Assembly: GCA_039621445.1 (NCBI GenBank)
Contig: CP154954.1
Span: 15,147,805 to 15,211,804 of the forward strand
Source: Euglena gracilis
Taxonomy: Eukaryota
Direction: 5' to 3'
Length of the DNA stretch: 64,000 nucleotides
Shown here: one piece after another, positions 34,245 through 46,350 of the stretch
How the letters are laid out: each line of letters begins with the position of its first letter
How positions within the stretch are numbered: the stretch's first letter is position 1
Program-made: the position numbers and the translations under genes
Notes under the pieces: model-generated
Seen by the model: only the letters and a program-made list of their open reading frames with translations
Database searches by the model: none
What the model was told of the DNA's origin: nothing

Positions 34245-36241
34245 CTGCACCCCCATCTCCGGCAGAAGTGCAACCACCGTTAGGGGATGAACCCCTGCCG
34301 ACAGAGACATATGTCGCACCGGCTACAACGGAGGTTCAACCTCCCGTAGCACCTGCGCCAGCGGTTGTGGAGGATCAACCTCCTCGACCGGATGTCGAAA
34401 TGGAACTGGAGGAAGTACCCCCACGACCACCGACACCGCGCAGGATCCCTGCCGTCCCGAGGACAATGGCAGAGTTTATGGGAGTGTCAGCGCCTGTGGA
34501 AGCACCGATTCCGGTGACGACCACAGCACCACGCCCCGTCGGGCAGGATGACCCTGCTCGGCGCAGGGCGGCTGAACAACCCCAGGAACGAGTGCCGACC
34601 CCTCGGAGCGTCATGCGCGATCCAGCGGTCATTATGCCCGCTTCGCCCAGACGGCAAACGTCTGCTCCGGCACCATCGGCTCCTGATACCAGGAGGAAGC
34701 CACAGGCGTCGCCTCCTGATTCCGGGAGTGCGAAGCCGAAAGGAGGCAAACCGGGTGCTGTACCCTTTAAACCCCCTGCCAAAGGCGATGATGGGAAACC
34801 ACCACCGAAAGGTAGCGCTGGAGGTCAGACTGGCGGACAGTCGAAAGGCCCTACGACAATGCACGACTATTCAGCCGTTACATCGTCCGGGTACGGCAAG
34901 AGCAAACCGAAAGGTAAGGCTCATGGTCGACAGGCCCAATCTTCCGCCGGATCGACGGATGAGGAGCAGGATGAATCTTCTTCACCTCCCGTGTCTGCGG
35001 ATGCCCATCTCTGGACTCAGGATATCCTGACCAGACTAGGCACCGTGGAAGAGAGGACGAAGAAACTGGCTGCTATTAGGCACCAGAAAGGGTCACATAA
35101 TCGATGGATTCAGCCCCTCTTCGTCCGAGGAGAACCTTTCCACTATGTCCCGGAACATACCTGGACATTCTGGAACAGGCGCTCACCCAGAGTACTGGCA
35201 CAGTACTTTGGCGAGGATTGTGTGTTGGATTTCCAGCACGGCACGTCATTTGCCTGAACGTGCACCGTGTGCCACCATCTGCGGCACTACCAACCGCTTG
35301 TGCATGTGTGCAAGCGGCAGGTGCAATCCACGACGTTCCATCACAGGGCATATGTGCCGAACTGTGTGGCGCTCGTATGTGGCGAGTGCCTGAACGCCTG
35401 GAAGCACAGCTTGAACTACTCCTACAGTGAGAATGCTCACGACAGGGATATCCCTGCCTTGTGCATCAACTGTACAGGGGCCAAGTTCGTGCAGACTGCT
35501 GATGGAGCAGTCACCACCATTGTCCCCCAGCACTTGGAGACACTGGAGAAGTGGAAGAAGGAGTACAAGCAGGTGGAAGGCCGCCTGAACCACTCCGACT
35601 TCCGAAAGGTAGAAAGCTACCGCCACACGGGAATGGCCCGTGAGTTCCAGACAAACGCTGGGGCAATGCGCCTCGCCGTCGAGGAACACGCCAAGGTAAG
35701 AATGCCTTACCTCTGGACCGATGGCGACTGGGAGACACAGGTTTACCCCCTGTTCTCCAAGCGTCAGCACGGCGGATACGCCTTGCCACTGTGGTCTCCT
35801 GAAGAACACGATTTAGGGGACTTCAGAGGTTGGTTGGCGGCTGTATTACGGCCCCATACTGCAAGAGCTCGGACAGCGAAGTGGATGTATGACATCAACT
35901 TCAAGCAGACCCCGGGGATGCCCCCGCAGGTGTCTGCGAATCACCCCCGGATGAATTACATCATCTGGCCGGTGATGCTGCCCAGAATTTTCTGGGAACA
36001 GCTCCAACGGTACCTTCAGCACATTGCTGACCGTACCAGGGAGAAGCTGCCGGACAGTTGGATCAAGGACTGGGAGACCCCATCCTTTGGTGTCAAAGAT
36101 CCGGAGCACAACACCATCCGGAGCGAATAAGCTCCGCAGCGTTCCCCACGCCAACTGGAGTTGGTTGAGGACCCATTAGGGGACCCTCAACACGACTATT
36201 GGCGTGAGGTGCGCGAACGCCCAGCCGATAAAGGCAGGTGA
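34245..36241 (+). pseudogene. Accessory ORF Z, copy A2 (stops at 35255 and 36128)
   Basis: ORFs 34238..35257 and 35267..36130 are in one frame and match 41822-43450. Confidence 0.7.
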
Positions 36242-36356
36242 GGTGGCTGTAAGCGCCAATGCGGCGTCTTTCAGAAACCTCGTCAGGTATTTGCCTGACA
36301 CCCTGTTCGGGTATTTGCCCGAACACCCCTTCGAAGACCCTTTGCGGTATATATAT

Positions 36357-37084
36357 TATATACCGCCCGAAAGGCAATGGTAGAGCCGAGGCAGCCGTGA
36401 AATCCGTTGTCAATATCGTTGCCAGGGTTGGTATTAGCACACTCACCGTACAAAATTGTTTTCGGACGAGACCCTCCGGCCATAGGGGATATCCCCTCGG
36501 AGAGACCCGACCGAAGTAGTGTCAGCTGTGAAACGTGGTTTGCAGAAGTGGAATCACTCCGCTCTGCAGTCCAATCACGTGTCACAGAAATTCATTCCAA
36601 CAAACGGAAATTTTTTTTACAAAACTTCAACACACCCGTGTATAGTCCAGGTCACCGCGTGTGGGTACGGAATAACCGCACCCGCATGCAATCTTCCAAG
36701 CTAGATCATCTTTGGCTCGGCCCATGCGAATTTTTGGAGAGATTAGGTAGTATCGGGCGATATAAAGTTGCCTTGCCCAACGGGATTGAGGACGTCCATA
36801 TGGACGACTTCAGACCGTACCTAAGCCCCCCAGACGGAAAGGCTATCACCTGCCTATATTTCAAGCCCCGTTCCAGATTACCTGAAACGGACGACTTTGT
36901 GGTCGATAAGATAATAGAGCACAAGGTCGACAGGGGTGTGCACTACTGGAAAGTTCGCTGGAAAGGGTATGGGCCAGAGGAGGACACTTGGGAGCCAGCA
37001 TCCAGTTTTGTTGGACATATCCAGCAGTATTGGAAGCTGTGGAACAAGCGCAATAACATAGACAAAAACATAAACACTTTCTGA
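36357..37084 (+). pseudogene. pol: Integrase C-half + chromodomain, copy A3 (about 74-bp deletion near 36415)
   Basis: FVVDKIIEHKVDRGVHYWKVRWKGYGPEEDTWEP is a canonical chromodomain pattern. Confidence 0.9.
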
Positions 37085-37275
37085 AACGATTTCGTTTCGG
37101 AGAATGTGTGTGTTTTATGTGAATGTTTCGCGTTTATACCCACCCCTGCACTCATCTTCTGTCTTTCTCACAGAGTTTTTGATTAAGATAGAAGCCTTCT
37201 TTTTTCAGTGCACCAGCACTCAAAGCTACTGACAAAAAGGTTTCCCTTTGTTGCAGTCGTCGTTCGGGTAGCATC

Positions 37276-38792
37276 ATGCTGCCTGGGCGCGGACCTGGAC
37301 CAGGTCCACCATGGCCGCAGCCTCCTGGCGCGCCATACCCCCAGTACCCTCAGTATGCTGAGGCCCCGATTCCGGGTGCCCCACATGCTGAGAGGGTTTC
37401 AGCCCCGGTATTCGCCGCGGCTACCAGCAGCCGGTCCGCATATGCGGCACCAGATCCATCTGCCGTCCAGCAGCCGGCACCCCAGCCACCAGTGCAGCGC
37501 AGATTGCGCCTGCCCCCGTATGCGGGAGAGATGATCTTCCGCACTACGGAGACTTTGGAGCGGGCGATGTGTATGTGCGCACACCCCCCAACGGATCCCT
37601 TTATGAAAGCCCTTTGGGATGCATACTGTGCTCAGTTGTTGGTGGTAGCCAACACGCCTGTGGCTCAGTGGTGTCCCTGTGGTCAAGCCCTGATGACGGG
37701 AGACGGTATTTCTCGTGGGCATCCGATTCCGGATTCAAGCCTGGCGAGACAATGATGGACCTTGGCGTGTATGTGCCGTCCATGCTGCAAACGCAGAGGA
37801 CGGTGGGATGCCACACCGTGCATATCTGTGAGCACACGCCCCCACGGGTAGGTGAGGCTGTGCATGTCCCACCTGGGATGACGAGAATTTTTGCTCGCCC
37901 GCCCTCGCCGCAGCGAATGCCGCCGCGCGAGCCGCCAGCGGAGCAATTTGTCTCGCAGTACGCGACGCACGCGGATTACCCGCGCGGCGCACGCGTGCTC
38001 CCAGCCGGACAGTCGGACGTGCCCCCTGAGGCATACGTCCAACACATGTTCGTGCACTGGATGCCACAGGCATCACCGGTCGCCCCTGCCCCTGGCGTTG
38101 AGCCACGGCGGCAGGTGGAGTCCATAGTGGTGGAGGATGAACCTCCCCACAGTGTGGCAGCCTGACCGCCCAGTGCACCTCCTGTCCAGACCGGGGATAT
38201 CCCCCGTCGGCAGGAGGCTCCCCACTACCACATGGCACCTCCGGGAACCGAGCAGGATGAGCTTGCTCGGCACTTCCTGCAGGAGCCAGTATTCGCGTCT
38301 GAAGAGCACCGGACGAGGTATTACGCCTCTCTGGCTGCCCTTCAGGGATACACCCCCTACCATCCGTACCAGCCGCAGCTGCGGGTGGCAACCCCGGTTT
38401 TACCCGGTGAGCCCCCGGCAGGTGTGGCAGTATTACCTGCCACCCTGAAGCGCGACAGGGCTACGGAGAACCTTACCCCACAGCCCAGGCGACCCAGCCC
38501 ACGGGACGCGGAAGGCGGTGTGGCGAGGCAGGTGGAAGCCAGCCAGGATACCCCGACTGGACGACCACCGGCAGAGGCACAGGTGGCGATGAGCCGTCCT
38601 GTTGCCGCAATGCCACCGCCGATCCCTCCGGTATGGAAGGAGCCGCGACCCCCTGCGTCGAAGCCAAGCCCACGCCAGGCTCCTAGCCAACGCCCAGCCA
38701 CGCCATCACCGCGACGTGCAGCGGATCGGCAAGATCCCTCCCCAGAGATGGAATGGGAAGGAACCGAACCGACTGCGGCACCGAGCGCCTGA
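37276..38792 (+). pseudogene. Accessory ORFs X (37276-38165, frameshift near 37700) and X2 (38232-38792)
   Basis: Complementary frameshifts in A1 and A3 allow one roughly 296-aa X to be reconstructed; X2 is in frame after a TGA. Confidence 0.55.
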
Positions 38793-40449
38793 CCCTCTGG
38801 TATTCGCCAGATGGGGAAGGACACTGGCAAGGCTGAGGGCAAAGGCAAAGGAGAAGGCAAAGGCGTTTGCCGGCAAAGGTAAGGGTGAGGGCAAAGGTGA
38901 GGGTAAAGGTAAGGGTACAGGACGTGAGGAGGAAGAACAACCAGCGGAAGTCCTCTCGGACTTTGAGCAAATGCTCAGGTTCAAGGAGGAGCTGGAGGAC
39001 GAAGGCTGGCGAATGCAGCATGATTACCATGTTGCAGGAAACCGCCCCGTCACCCCTCCACAAGCTGTCATCGATGTGGTATTACACCACACTGAGAACA
39101 GAGTCAGACAATTCCATTACGGAATTGATCTGTACGCCTTCGAAGGTGAAGGTGGCAGACCCTTGCTGGATGCCCAGCCAGGTTTGTGGGAGCTCTGGTT
39201 TTGGCTGGGATACCCCTGCCAGAACTGGAGGCTCTTCAGCGATTCCACTGGTCGCAGTTACCTGCACCAGTTAGGATTCCGGGACCAGCATGTGTTGGCC
39301 CGGAGGCTGAAGGCCTACTTCGAATGTATTCACTCGGTAGGACCCCTCAGAGTCCAGTGGAAATACTACCCCCTGAACCCCGACATCGAACGCCTGATCG
39401 AGGTGTTGTGGTGCAACAACCTCCAGGTTTGGCTGGTGAGCCATTACGGCTCCACCTTCCGCGTTAAGCGTGTTTCCCTGGCTTACCCACAGAGGTATGA
39501 CCTCTGTTGTAAGTACTGCGGGCAGGAACTTCCTGTCGACTTCTGGGGATTCGGCGTCCGCGGAAGTCCTCCACCGCCTCGTGATAACCCGGGCCTGAAG
39601 ATGGGACGCCGCATGCTTATGCATGTGTGCCGCGACGCCCCGGATCTCCAGGGCAAAAGTCACCGCGTCCGCAAGCAGCGTGTTTTTATGCTGCACCAGT
39701 TCTGGTGGCGAGCCTGGACCACCTACGTCATGGAGGTGTATGTACATCTCCGTGACCCCCAGGACGACAGGCCTGGTATGGAAAGCTTGCCACCGGATTA
39801 CGGCGATCCCATTGAGGGTCCTCGTCGTCGTCGGGTCATCGCCGACCTGCGCCGCAACTGGCACCTGGCTGATATCAGCCTGGAAGAACACTTGCGGCGA
39901 CAGTTCGGCGGTACCCTCGACCCGGAGGTATTCCTCCAGTTGATGATGCACCCGAAGGCCGTCCTCGACCTGCGTATGCCGATTCTGGCATGCGTTCAGG
40001 AGTTAAAGGATGGCTTTTTCGAGGTCTGGACGGATACGTGTTACCTCGGATTCCTGGCCCGAACAGGCCTGCCAACGCCTGGGTGCAGCCATCATGGCCG
40101 CCACCCTGGCCCAACAGCGCCAGCAGCAGTACGCTGGCCTTTTACAGGCTGCCGGATACTCAGGGATGCCGATGGCATCCCGACGATCCTCGTTCGCCCG
40201 AGGATCTGCGTGCCTTCATCGCCCCGGAGGATGAACCTCTGGCGCGAAGGAGACGTGAGGCGTCAGTCGCTTCCACCACCGCGATTCCGCGGCGGGAGGA
40301 ACGCGAACGCAGCCCCTCCGTCACAATTCTGGAGGCAGCGCCGCCGTCTCCGACAGGAACGGCTGTATCCTTGGTCTCTGCCCCGCGAGCGGCAGGGGAA
40401 CGATCAGTTTCCCCGGCCCCCGCGGCGGCTCCCGTCTGTCCACCGGTAG
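38602..40449 (+). CDS. Accessory ORF Y (615 aa, unknown; GKG repeat, aromatic-rich globular core, CxxC..HxC)
   Basis: Long open frame with protein-like composition over about 38870-40050; complete only in this copy; true start uncertain. Confidence 0.65.
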   Translation: MPQCHRRSLRYGRSRDPLRRSQAHARLLANAQPRHHRDVQRIGKIPPQRWNGKEPNRLRHRAPDPLVFARWGRTLARLRAKAKEKAKAFAGKGKGEGKGEGKGKGTGREEEEQPAEVLSDFEQMLRFKEELEDEGWRMQHDYHVAGNRPVTPPQAVIDVVLHHTENRVRQFHYGIDLYAFEGEGGRPLLDAQPGLWELWFWLGYPCQNWRLFSDSTGRSYLHQLGFRDQHVLARRLKAYFECIHSVGPLRVQWKYYPLNPDIERLIEVLWCNNLQVWLVSHYGSTFRVKRVSLAYPQRYDLCCKYCGQELPVDFWGFGVRGSPPPPRDNPGLKMGRRMLMHVCRDAPDLQGKSHRVRKQRVFMLHQFWWRAWTTYVMEVYVHLRDPQDDRPGMESLPPDYGDPIEGPRRRRVIADLRRNWHLADISLEEHLRRQFGGTLDPEVFLQLMMHPKAVLDLRMPILACVQELKDGFFEVWTDTCYLGFLARTGLPTPGCSHHGRHPGPTAPAAVRWPFTGCRILRDADGIPTILVRPRICVPSSPRRMNLWREGDVRRQSLPPPRFRGGRNANAAPPSQFWRQRRRLRQERLYPWSLPRERQGNDQFPRPPRRLPSVHR

Positions 40450-43400
40450 GTGGGGACGAGGAACTCCCTCAGGAAGGCGAGAACGTGAAGGATATCCTCT
40501 ACGCTGCTCTACCTGCACCGGCACAGCCTCGGCCAGACGAAGCACCCACAGAGGATATACCTGTGACAGCAACGCCTGTCCCGACGGCTGAGCCTCAACC
40601 CGAGGTGACTGGTATGGTCGTCGACGATATCCTCGAAGAACCTACCAGCCCCGCAGCACGCACCTCATTAGGAGCCCGCGTGCTCGGCGCGGTAGTCACT
40701 GGCATTACTGCCGTGGCTGCTGCACTAACGCCACGAGGTGGAGGCGTAGCATCAAGCTCCGCCACTGAGGTCGTGTAGATGCCGGCTGTCGGCGTCCCGG
40801 CACCCCCATCTCCGGCAGAAGTGCAACCAACGTTGGATGATGAACTTCTGCCGACAGAGACATCTGTCGCACGGCTACAACGGAGGTTCCACCTCCCGTA
40901 GAACCTGCGCCACCGGTTGTGGAGGATCAACCTCCTAGACCGGATGTCGAAATGGAAGTGGAGGAGATACCCCCACGACCACCGACACCGCGCAGGATCC
41001 ATGCTGTCCCGAGGACAATGGCAGAGCTTCTGGGAGTGTCTGCGCCTGTGGCAGCACCGATTCCGGTGACGACCACAGTACCACGCCCCTTCGGGCAGGA
41101 TGAACCTGCTCGGCGCAGGACGGCTGAACAACCCCAGGAACGAGTGCCGACCCCTCGAGAGTGAAATTGGGTCGGTGTTTGAATCTCGAAGGACCGCCCT
41201 TAGGGTTGGAGCTGGCCCTGTCCTCCCACACAACCCAATGCCCCCCCCCGCTCCCTGACTTTTCCGTCATATTGCAGCAATCAAGCGGTACTTAATGGCT
41301 CAGGCGCGTGCTCCGCCAGCGTCCAACAATCCTTCGCTTAACGCGAGAGATCGCAGCATTAAATGCATCCCAAAGAATGCCTGCCGCGACTTGGGTGCCC
41401 CCCCTCGAGCTCGCATTGCACCCCGACCCGGGCCCTTCTGCCGCAGTCAACCAGTCCCAAAAAACTGAGGTCGTCGAGGACCCACCCACCCCAGACGCCG
41501 ATTCAATTCCCAAGTCTTTCTCCCCGCCCACCGAGAACGGGTGGCCTCATTCCACAGGTATCGGCCCGAGACCACGCGCATCTGTCCTGTGTTCGGTTGT
41601 CCACCCCGCACCCCTGTCTCCTCATAACACGGTGGGGAACCCCCCCTCTTCCCACTCGTTATTTTTTTCACTACCGCTGTTATCCTTTCTTTACCCACTC
41701 CCTCTTTTTACCCACCAGCTTGCGTCCCTCCACTTTTTTCGAGTTTGTCTCCACGACTAGGTTCCCCCAATGAACCTGAAGCCGCAGCGCTTCTCAACCC
41801 CTTCCCCGCCCCGCGAGCGTCATGCGCGATCCAGCGGTCATTATGCCCGCTTCGCCCAGACGGCAAACGTCTGCTCCGGCACCATCGGCTCCTGATACCA
41901 GGAGTAAGCTACAGGCGTCGCCTCCTGATTCCGGGAGTGCGAAGCCGAAAGGAGGCAAACCGGGTGCTGCACCCTGTAAACCCCCTGCCAAAGGCGGTGA
42001 TGGGAAACCACCACCGAAAGGTAGCGCTGGAGGTCAGACTGGCGGACAGTCGAAAGGCCCTACGACAATGCACGACTATTCGGCCGTTACATCGTCCGGG
42101 TACGGCAAGAGCAAACCGAAAGGTAAGGCTCATGGTCGACAGGCCCAATCTTCCGCCGGATCGACGGATGAGGAGCAGGATGAACCTTCTTCACCTCCCG
42201 TGTCTGCGGATGCCCAGCTCTGGACTCAGGATATCCTGACCAGACTAGGCACCGTGGAAGAGAGGACGAAGAAACTGGCTGCTATTAGGCACCAGAAAGG
42301 GTCACATAATCGATAGATTCAGCCCCTCTTCGTCCGAGGAGAACCTTTCCACTATGTCCCGGAACATACCTGGACATTCTGGAACAGGCGCTCACCCAGA
42401 GTACTGGCACAGTACTTTGGCGAGGATTGTGTGTTGGATTTCCAGCACGGCACGTCCTTTGCCTGGACGTGCACCGTGTGCCACCATCTGCGGCACTACC
42501 AACCGCTTGTGCATGTGTGCAAGCGGCAGGTGCAATCCACGACGTTCCATCACAGGGCATATGTGCCGAACTGTGTGGCGCTCGTATGTGGTGAGTGCCT
42601 GAAAGCCTGGAAGCACAGCTTGAACTACTCCTACAGTGAGAATGCTCACGACAGGGATATACCTGCCTTGTGCATCAACTGTACAGGGGCCAAGTTCGTG
42701 CAGACTGCTGATGGAGCAGTCACCACCATTGTCCCCCAGCACTTGGAGACACTGGAGAAGTGGAAGAAGGAGTACAAGCAGGTGGAAGGCCGCCTGAACC
42801 ACTCCGACTTCCGAAAGGTAGAAAGCTACCGCCACACGGGAATGGCCCGTGAGTTCCATACAAACGCTGGGGCAATGCGCCTCGCCGTCGAGGAACACGC
42901 CAAGGTAAGAATGCCTTACCTCTGGACCGATGGCGACTGGGAGACACAGGTTTACCCCCTGTTCTCCAAGCGTCAGCACGGCGGATACGCCTTGCCACTG
43001 TGGCCTCCTGAAGAACACGATTTAGTGGACTTCAGAGGTTGGTTGGCGGCTGTATTACGGCCCCATACTGCAAGAGCTCGGACAGCGAAGTGGATGTATG
43101 ACATCAACTTCAAGCAGACCCCGGGGATGCCTCCGCAGGTGTCTGCGAATCACCCCCGGATGAATTACATCATCTGGCCGGTGATGCTGCCCAGAATTTT
43201 CTGGGAACAGCTCCAACGGTACCTTCAGCACATTGCTGACCGTACCAGGGAGAAGCTGCCGGACAGTTGGATCAAGGACTGGGAGACCCCATCCTTTGAT
43301 GTCAAAGATCCGGAGCACAACACCATCCGGAGCGAATCAGCTCCGCAGCGTTCCCCACGCCAACTGGAGTTGGTTGAGGACCCATTAGGGGACCCTCAAC

Positions 43401-43450
43401 ACGACTATTGGCGTGAGGTGCGCGAACGCCCAGCCGATAAAGGCAGGTGA
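39990..43450 (+). pseudogene. Accessory ORF Z, copy A3 (Pro-rich N-half, 8-Cys finger, C-terminal domain), interrupted
   Basis: Stops at 40776 and 42314, insertion 41158-41814; C-terminal 339 aa open. Confidence 0.7.
41158..41814. mobile_element. Unidentified insertion of about 657 bp in ORF Z
   Basis: Absent at the same site (cccctcg|gagcgtc) in the copies at about 34605 and 54992. Confidence 0.7.
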
Positions 43451-43565
43451 GGTGGCTGTAAGCGCCAATGCGGCGTCTTTCAGAAACCTCGTCAGGTATT
43501 TGCCTGACACCCTGTTCGGGTATTTGCCCGAACACCCCTTCGAAGACCCTTTGCGGTATATATAT

Positions 43566-44369
43566 TATATACCGCCCGAAAGGCAATGGTAGAGCCGAGG
43601 CAGCCGTGAAATCCGTTGTCAATATGCTTCGCCTTTCACTGGCTGACTCGGGTAAGAATTGGTTATCCGTTCTTCATTGGTGTTTATTTTACATCAATAC
43701 GTTGCCAGGGTTGGTATTAGCACACTCACCGTACAAAATTGTTTTCGGACGAGACCCTCCGGCCATAAGGGATATCCCCTCGGAGAGACCCGCCCGAAGT
43801 AGTGTCAGCTGTGAAACGTGGTTTGCAGAAGTGGAATCACTCAGCCCTGCAGCAGTCCAATCACGTGTCACAGAAATTCATTCCAACAAACGGAAATCGT
43901 TTTTACAAAACTTCAACACACCCGTGTATAGTCCAGGTGACCGCGTGTGGGTACGGAATAGCCGCACCCGCATGCAATCTTCCAAGCTAGATCCTCTTTG
44001 GCTCGGCCCATGCGAAATTTTGGAGAGATTAGGTAGTATCGGGCGATATAAAGTTGCCTTGCCCAACGGGATTTAGGACGTCCATATGGACGACTTCAAA
44101 CCGTACCTAAGCCCCCCAGACGGAAAGACTATCACCTGCCTATATTTTAAGCCCCGTTCCAGATTACCTGAAACGGACGACTTTGTGGTCGATAAGATAA
44201 TAGAGCACAAGGTCGACAGGGGTGTGCACTACTGGAAAGTTTGCTGGAAAGGGTATGGGCCAGAGAGGACACTTGGGAGCCAGCATCCAGTTTTGTTGGA
44301 CATATCCAGCAGTATTGGAAGCTGTGGAACAAGCGCAATAACATAGACATAAACATAAACACTTTCTGA
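43566..44369 (+). pseudogene. pol: Integrase C-half + chromodomain, copy A4
   Basis: Same sequence and lesions as 753-1553. Confidence 0.85.
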
Positions 44370-46350
44370 AACGATTTCGTTTCGGAGAATGTGTGTTTTA
44401 TGTGAATGTTTCGCGTTTATACCCCCCCCTGCACTCATCTTCTGTCTTTCTCACAGAGTTTTTGATTAGACAGAAGCCTTCTTTTTTCAGTGCACCAGCA
44501 CTCAAAGCTACTGACAAAAAGGTTTCCCTTCGCTGCAGTCGTCGTTCGGGTAGCATCATGCTGCCTGGGCGCGGACCTGGACCAGGTCCACCATGGCCGC
44601 AGCCTCCTGGCGCTCCATACCCCCAGTACCCTCAGTATGCTGAGGCCCCGATTCCGGGTGCCCCACATGCTGAGAGTGTTTCAGCCCCGGTATTCGCCGC
44701 GGCTACCAGCAGCCGGTCCGCATATGCGTCACCAGATCCATCTGCCGTCCAGCAGCTGGCACCCCAGCCACCAGTGCAGCGCAGATTGCGCCTGCCCCCG
44801 TATGCGGGAGAGATGATCTTCCGCACTACGGAGACTTTGGAGCGGGCGATGTGTATGTGCGCACACCCCCCAACGGATCCCTTTATGCAAGCCCTTTGGG
44901 ATGCATACTGTGCTCAGTTGTTGGTGGTAACCAACACGCCTGTGGCTCAGTGGTGTCCCTGTGGTCAAGCCCTGATGACGGGGAGACAGTATTTCTCGTG
45001 GGCATCCGATTCCGGATTCAAGCCTGGCGAAACAATGATGGACCTTGGCGTGTATGTGCCGCCCATGCTGCAAACGCAGAGGACGGTGGGATCCCACACC
45101 GGGCATATGCGTGAGCATACGCCCCCACCGGTAGGTGAGGCTGTGCATGTCCCACCTGGGATGACGAGAATTTTTGCTCGCCCGCCCTCGCCGCAGCGAA
45201 TGCCCCCGCGCGAGCAGCCAGCGGAGCAATTTGTCTCGCAGTACGCGACGCACGCGGATTACCCGCGCGGCGCACGCGTGCTCCCAGCCGGACAGTCGGA
45301 CGTGCCCCCTGAGGCATACGTCCAACACATGTTCGTGCACTGGATGCCACAGGCATCACCGGTCTCCCCTGCCCCTGGCGTTGAGCCACGGCGGCTTGGA
45401 ATCCATAGTGGTGGAGGATGAACCTCCCCACAGTGTGGCAGCCTGACCGCCCAGTGCACCTCCTGTCCAGACCGGGGATATCCCCCGTCGGCAGGAGGCT
45501 CCCCACTACCACATGGCACCTCCGGGAACCGAGCAGGATGAGCTTGCTCGGCACTTCCTGCAGGAGCCAGTATTCGCGTCTGAAGAGCACCGGACGAGGT
45601 ATTACGCCTCTCTGGCTGCCCTTCAGGGATACACCCCCTACCATCCGTACCAGCCGCAGCTGCGGGTGGCAACCCCGGTTTTACCCGGTGAGCCCCCGGC
45701 AGGTGTGGCAGTATTACCTGCCACCCTGAAGCGCGACAGGGCTACGGAGAACCTTACCCCACAGCCCAGGCGACCCGAGCCAAGGGACGCGGAAGGCGGT
45801 GTGGCGAGGCAGGTGGAAGCCAGCCAGGATACCCCGACTGGACGACCACCGGCAGAGGCACAGGTGGCGATGAGCCGTCCTGTTGCCGCAATGCCACCGC
45901 CGATCCCTCCGGTATGGAAGGAGCCGCGACCCCCTGCGTCGAGCCGTCCCTTTGCCCCCAACAGACTCACCCCCGCGGCCGTCCGGTATGGAAGGAGCCG
46001 CGACCCGGTATGGAGGAATCCTCCCCTGCTGCTCGAAGCAGCCCCACGACCCAGGCTCCTAGCTAGCAACGCCCAGCAGCACACGCATCATCACCGCGAC
46101 GTGCAGCAGGTCGGCAAGATCCCTCCCAAGAGATGGAATGGGAAGGAACCGAACCGACTGCGGCACCGAGCGCCTGACCCTCTGGTATTCGCCAGATGGG
46201 GAAGGACACTGGCAAGGCTGAGGGCAAAGGCAAAGGAGAAGGCAAAGGCGTTTGCCGGCAAAGGTAAGGGTGAGGGCAAAGGTGAGGGTAAAGGTAAGGG
46301 TACAGGACGTGAGGAGGAAGAAGAACCTGCGGAAGTCCTCTCGGACTTTG

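Larger units (their letters stand above)
34245..46350 (+). mobile_element. Head-to-tail array of family A 3'-half units (A2 partial, A3 complete unit, A4 left part)
   Basis: Identical junction at 36344-36366 and 43553-43575; unit = INT tail-chromodomain-X-X2-Y-Z-hairpin region. Confidence 0.88.

Noticed and set aside
45943-46095. About 105-bp extra sequence in copy A4 as a biological insertion
   Set aside because: It is a scrambled stutter of adjacent sequence, typical of a consensus error; raw reads would be needed
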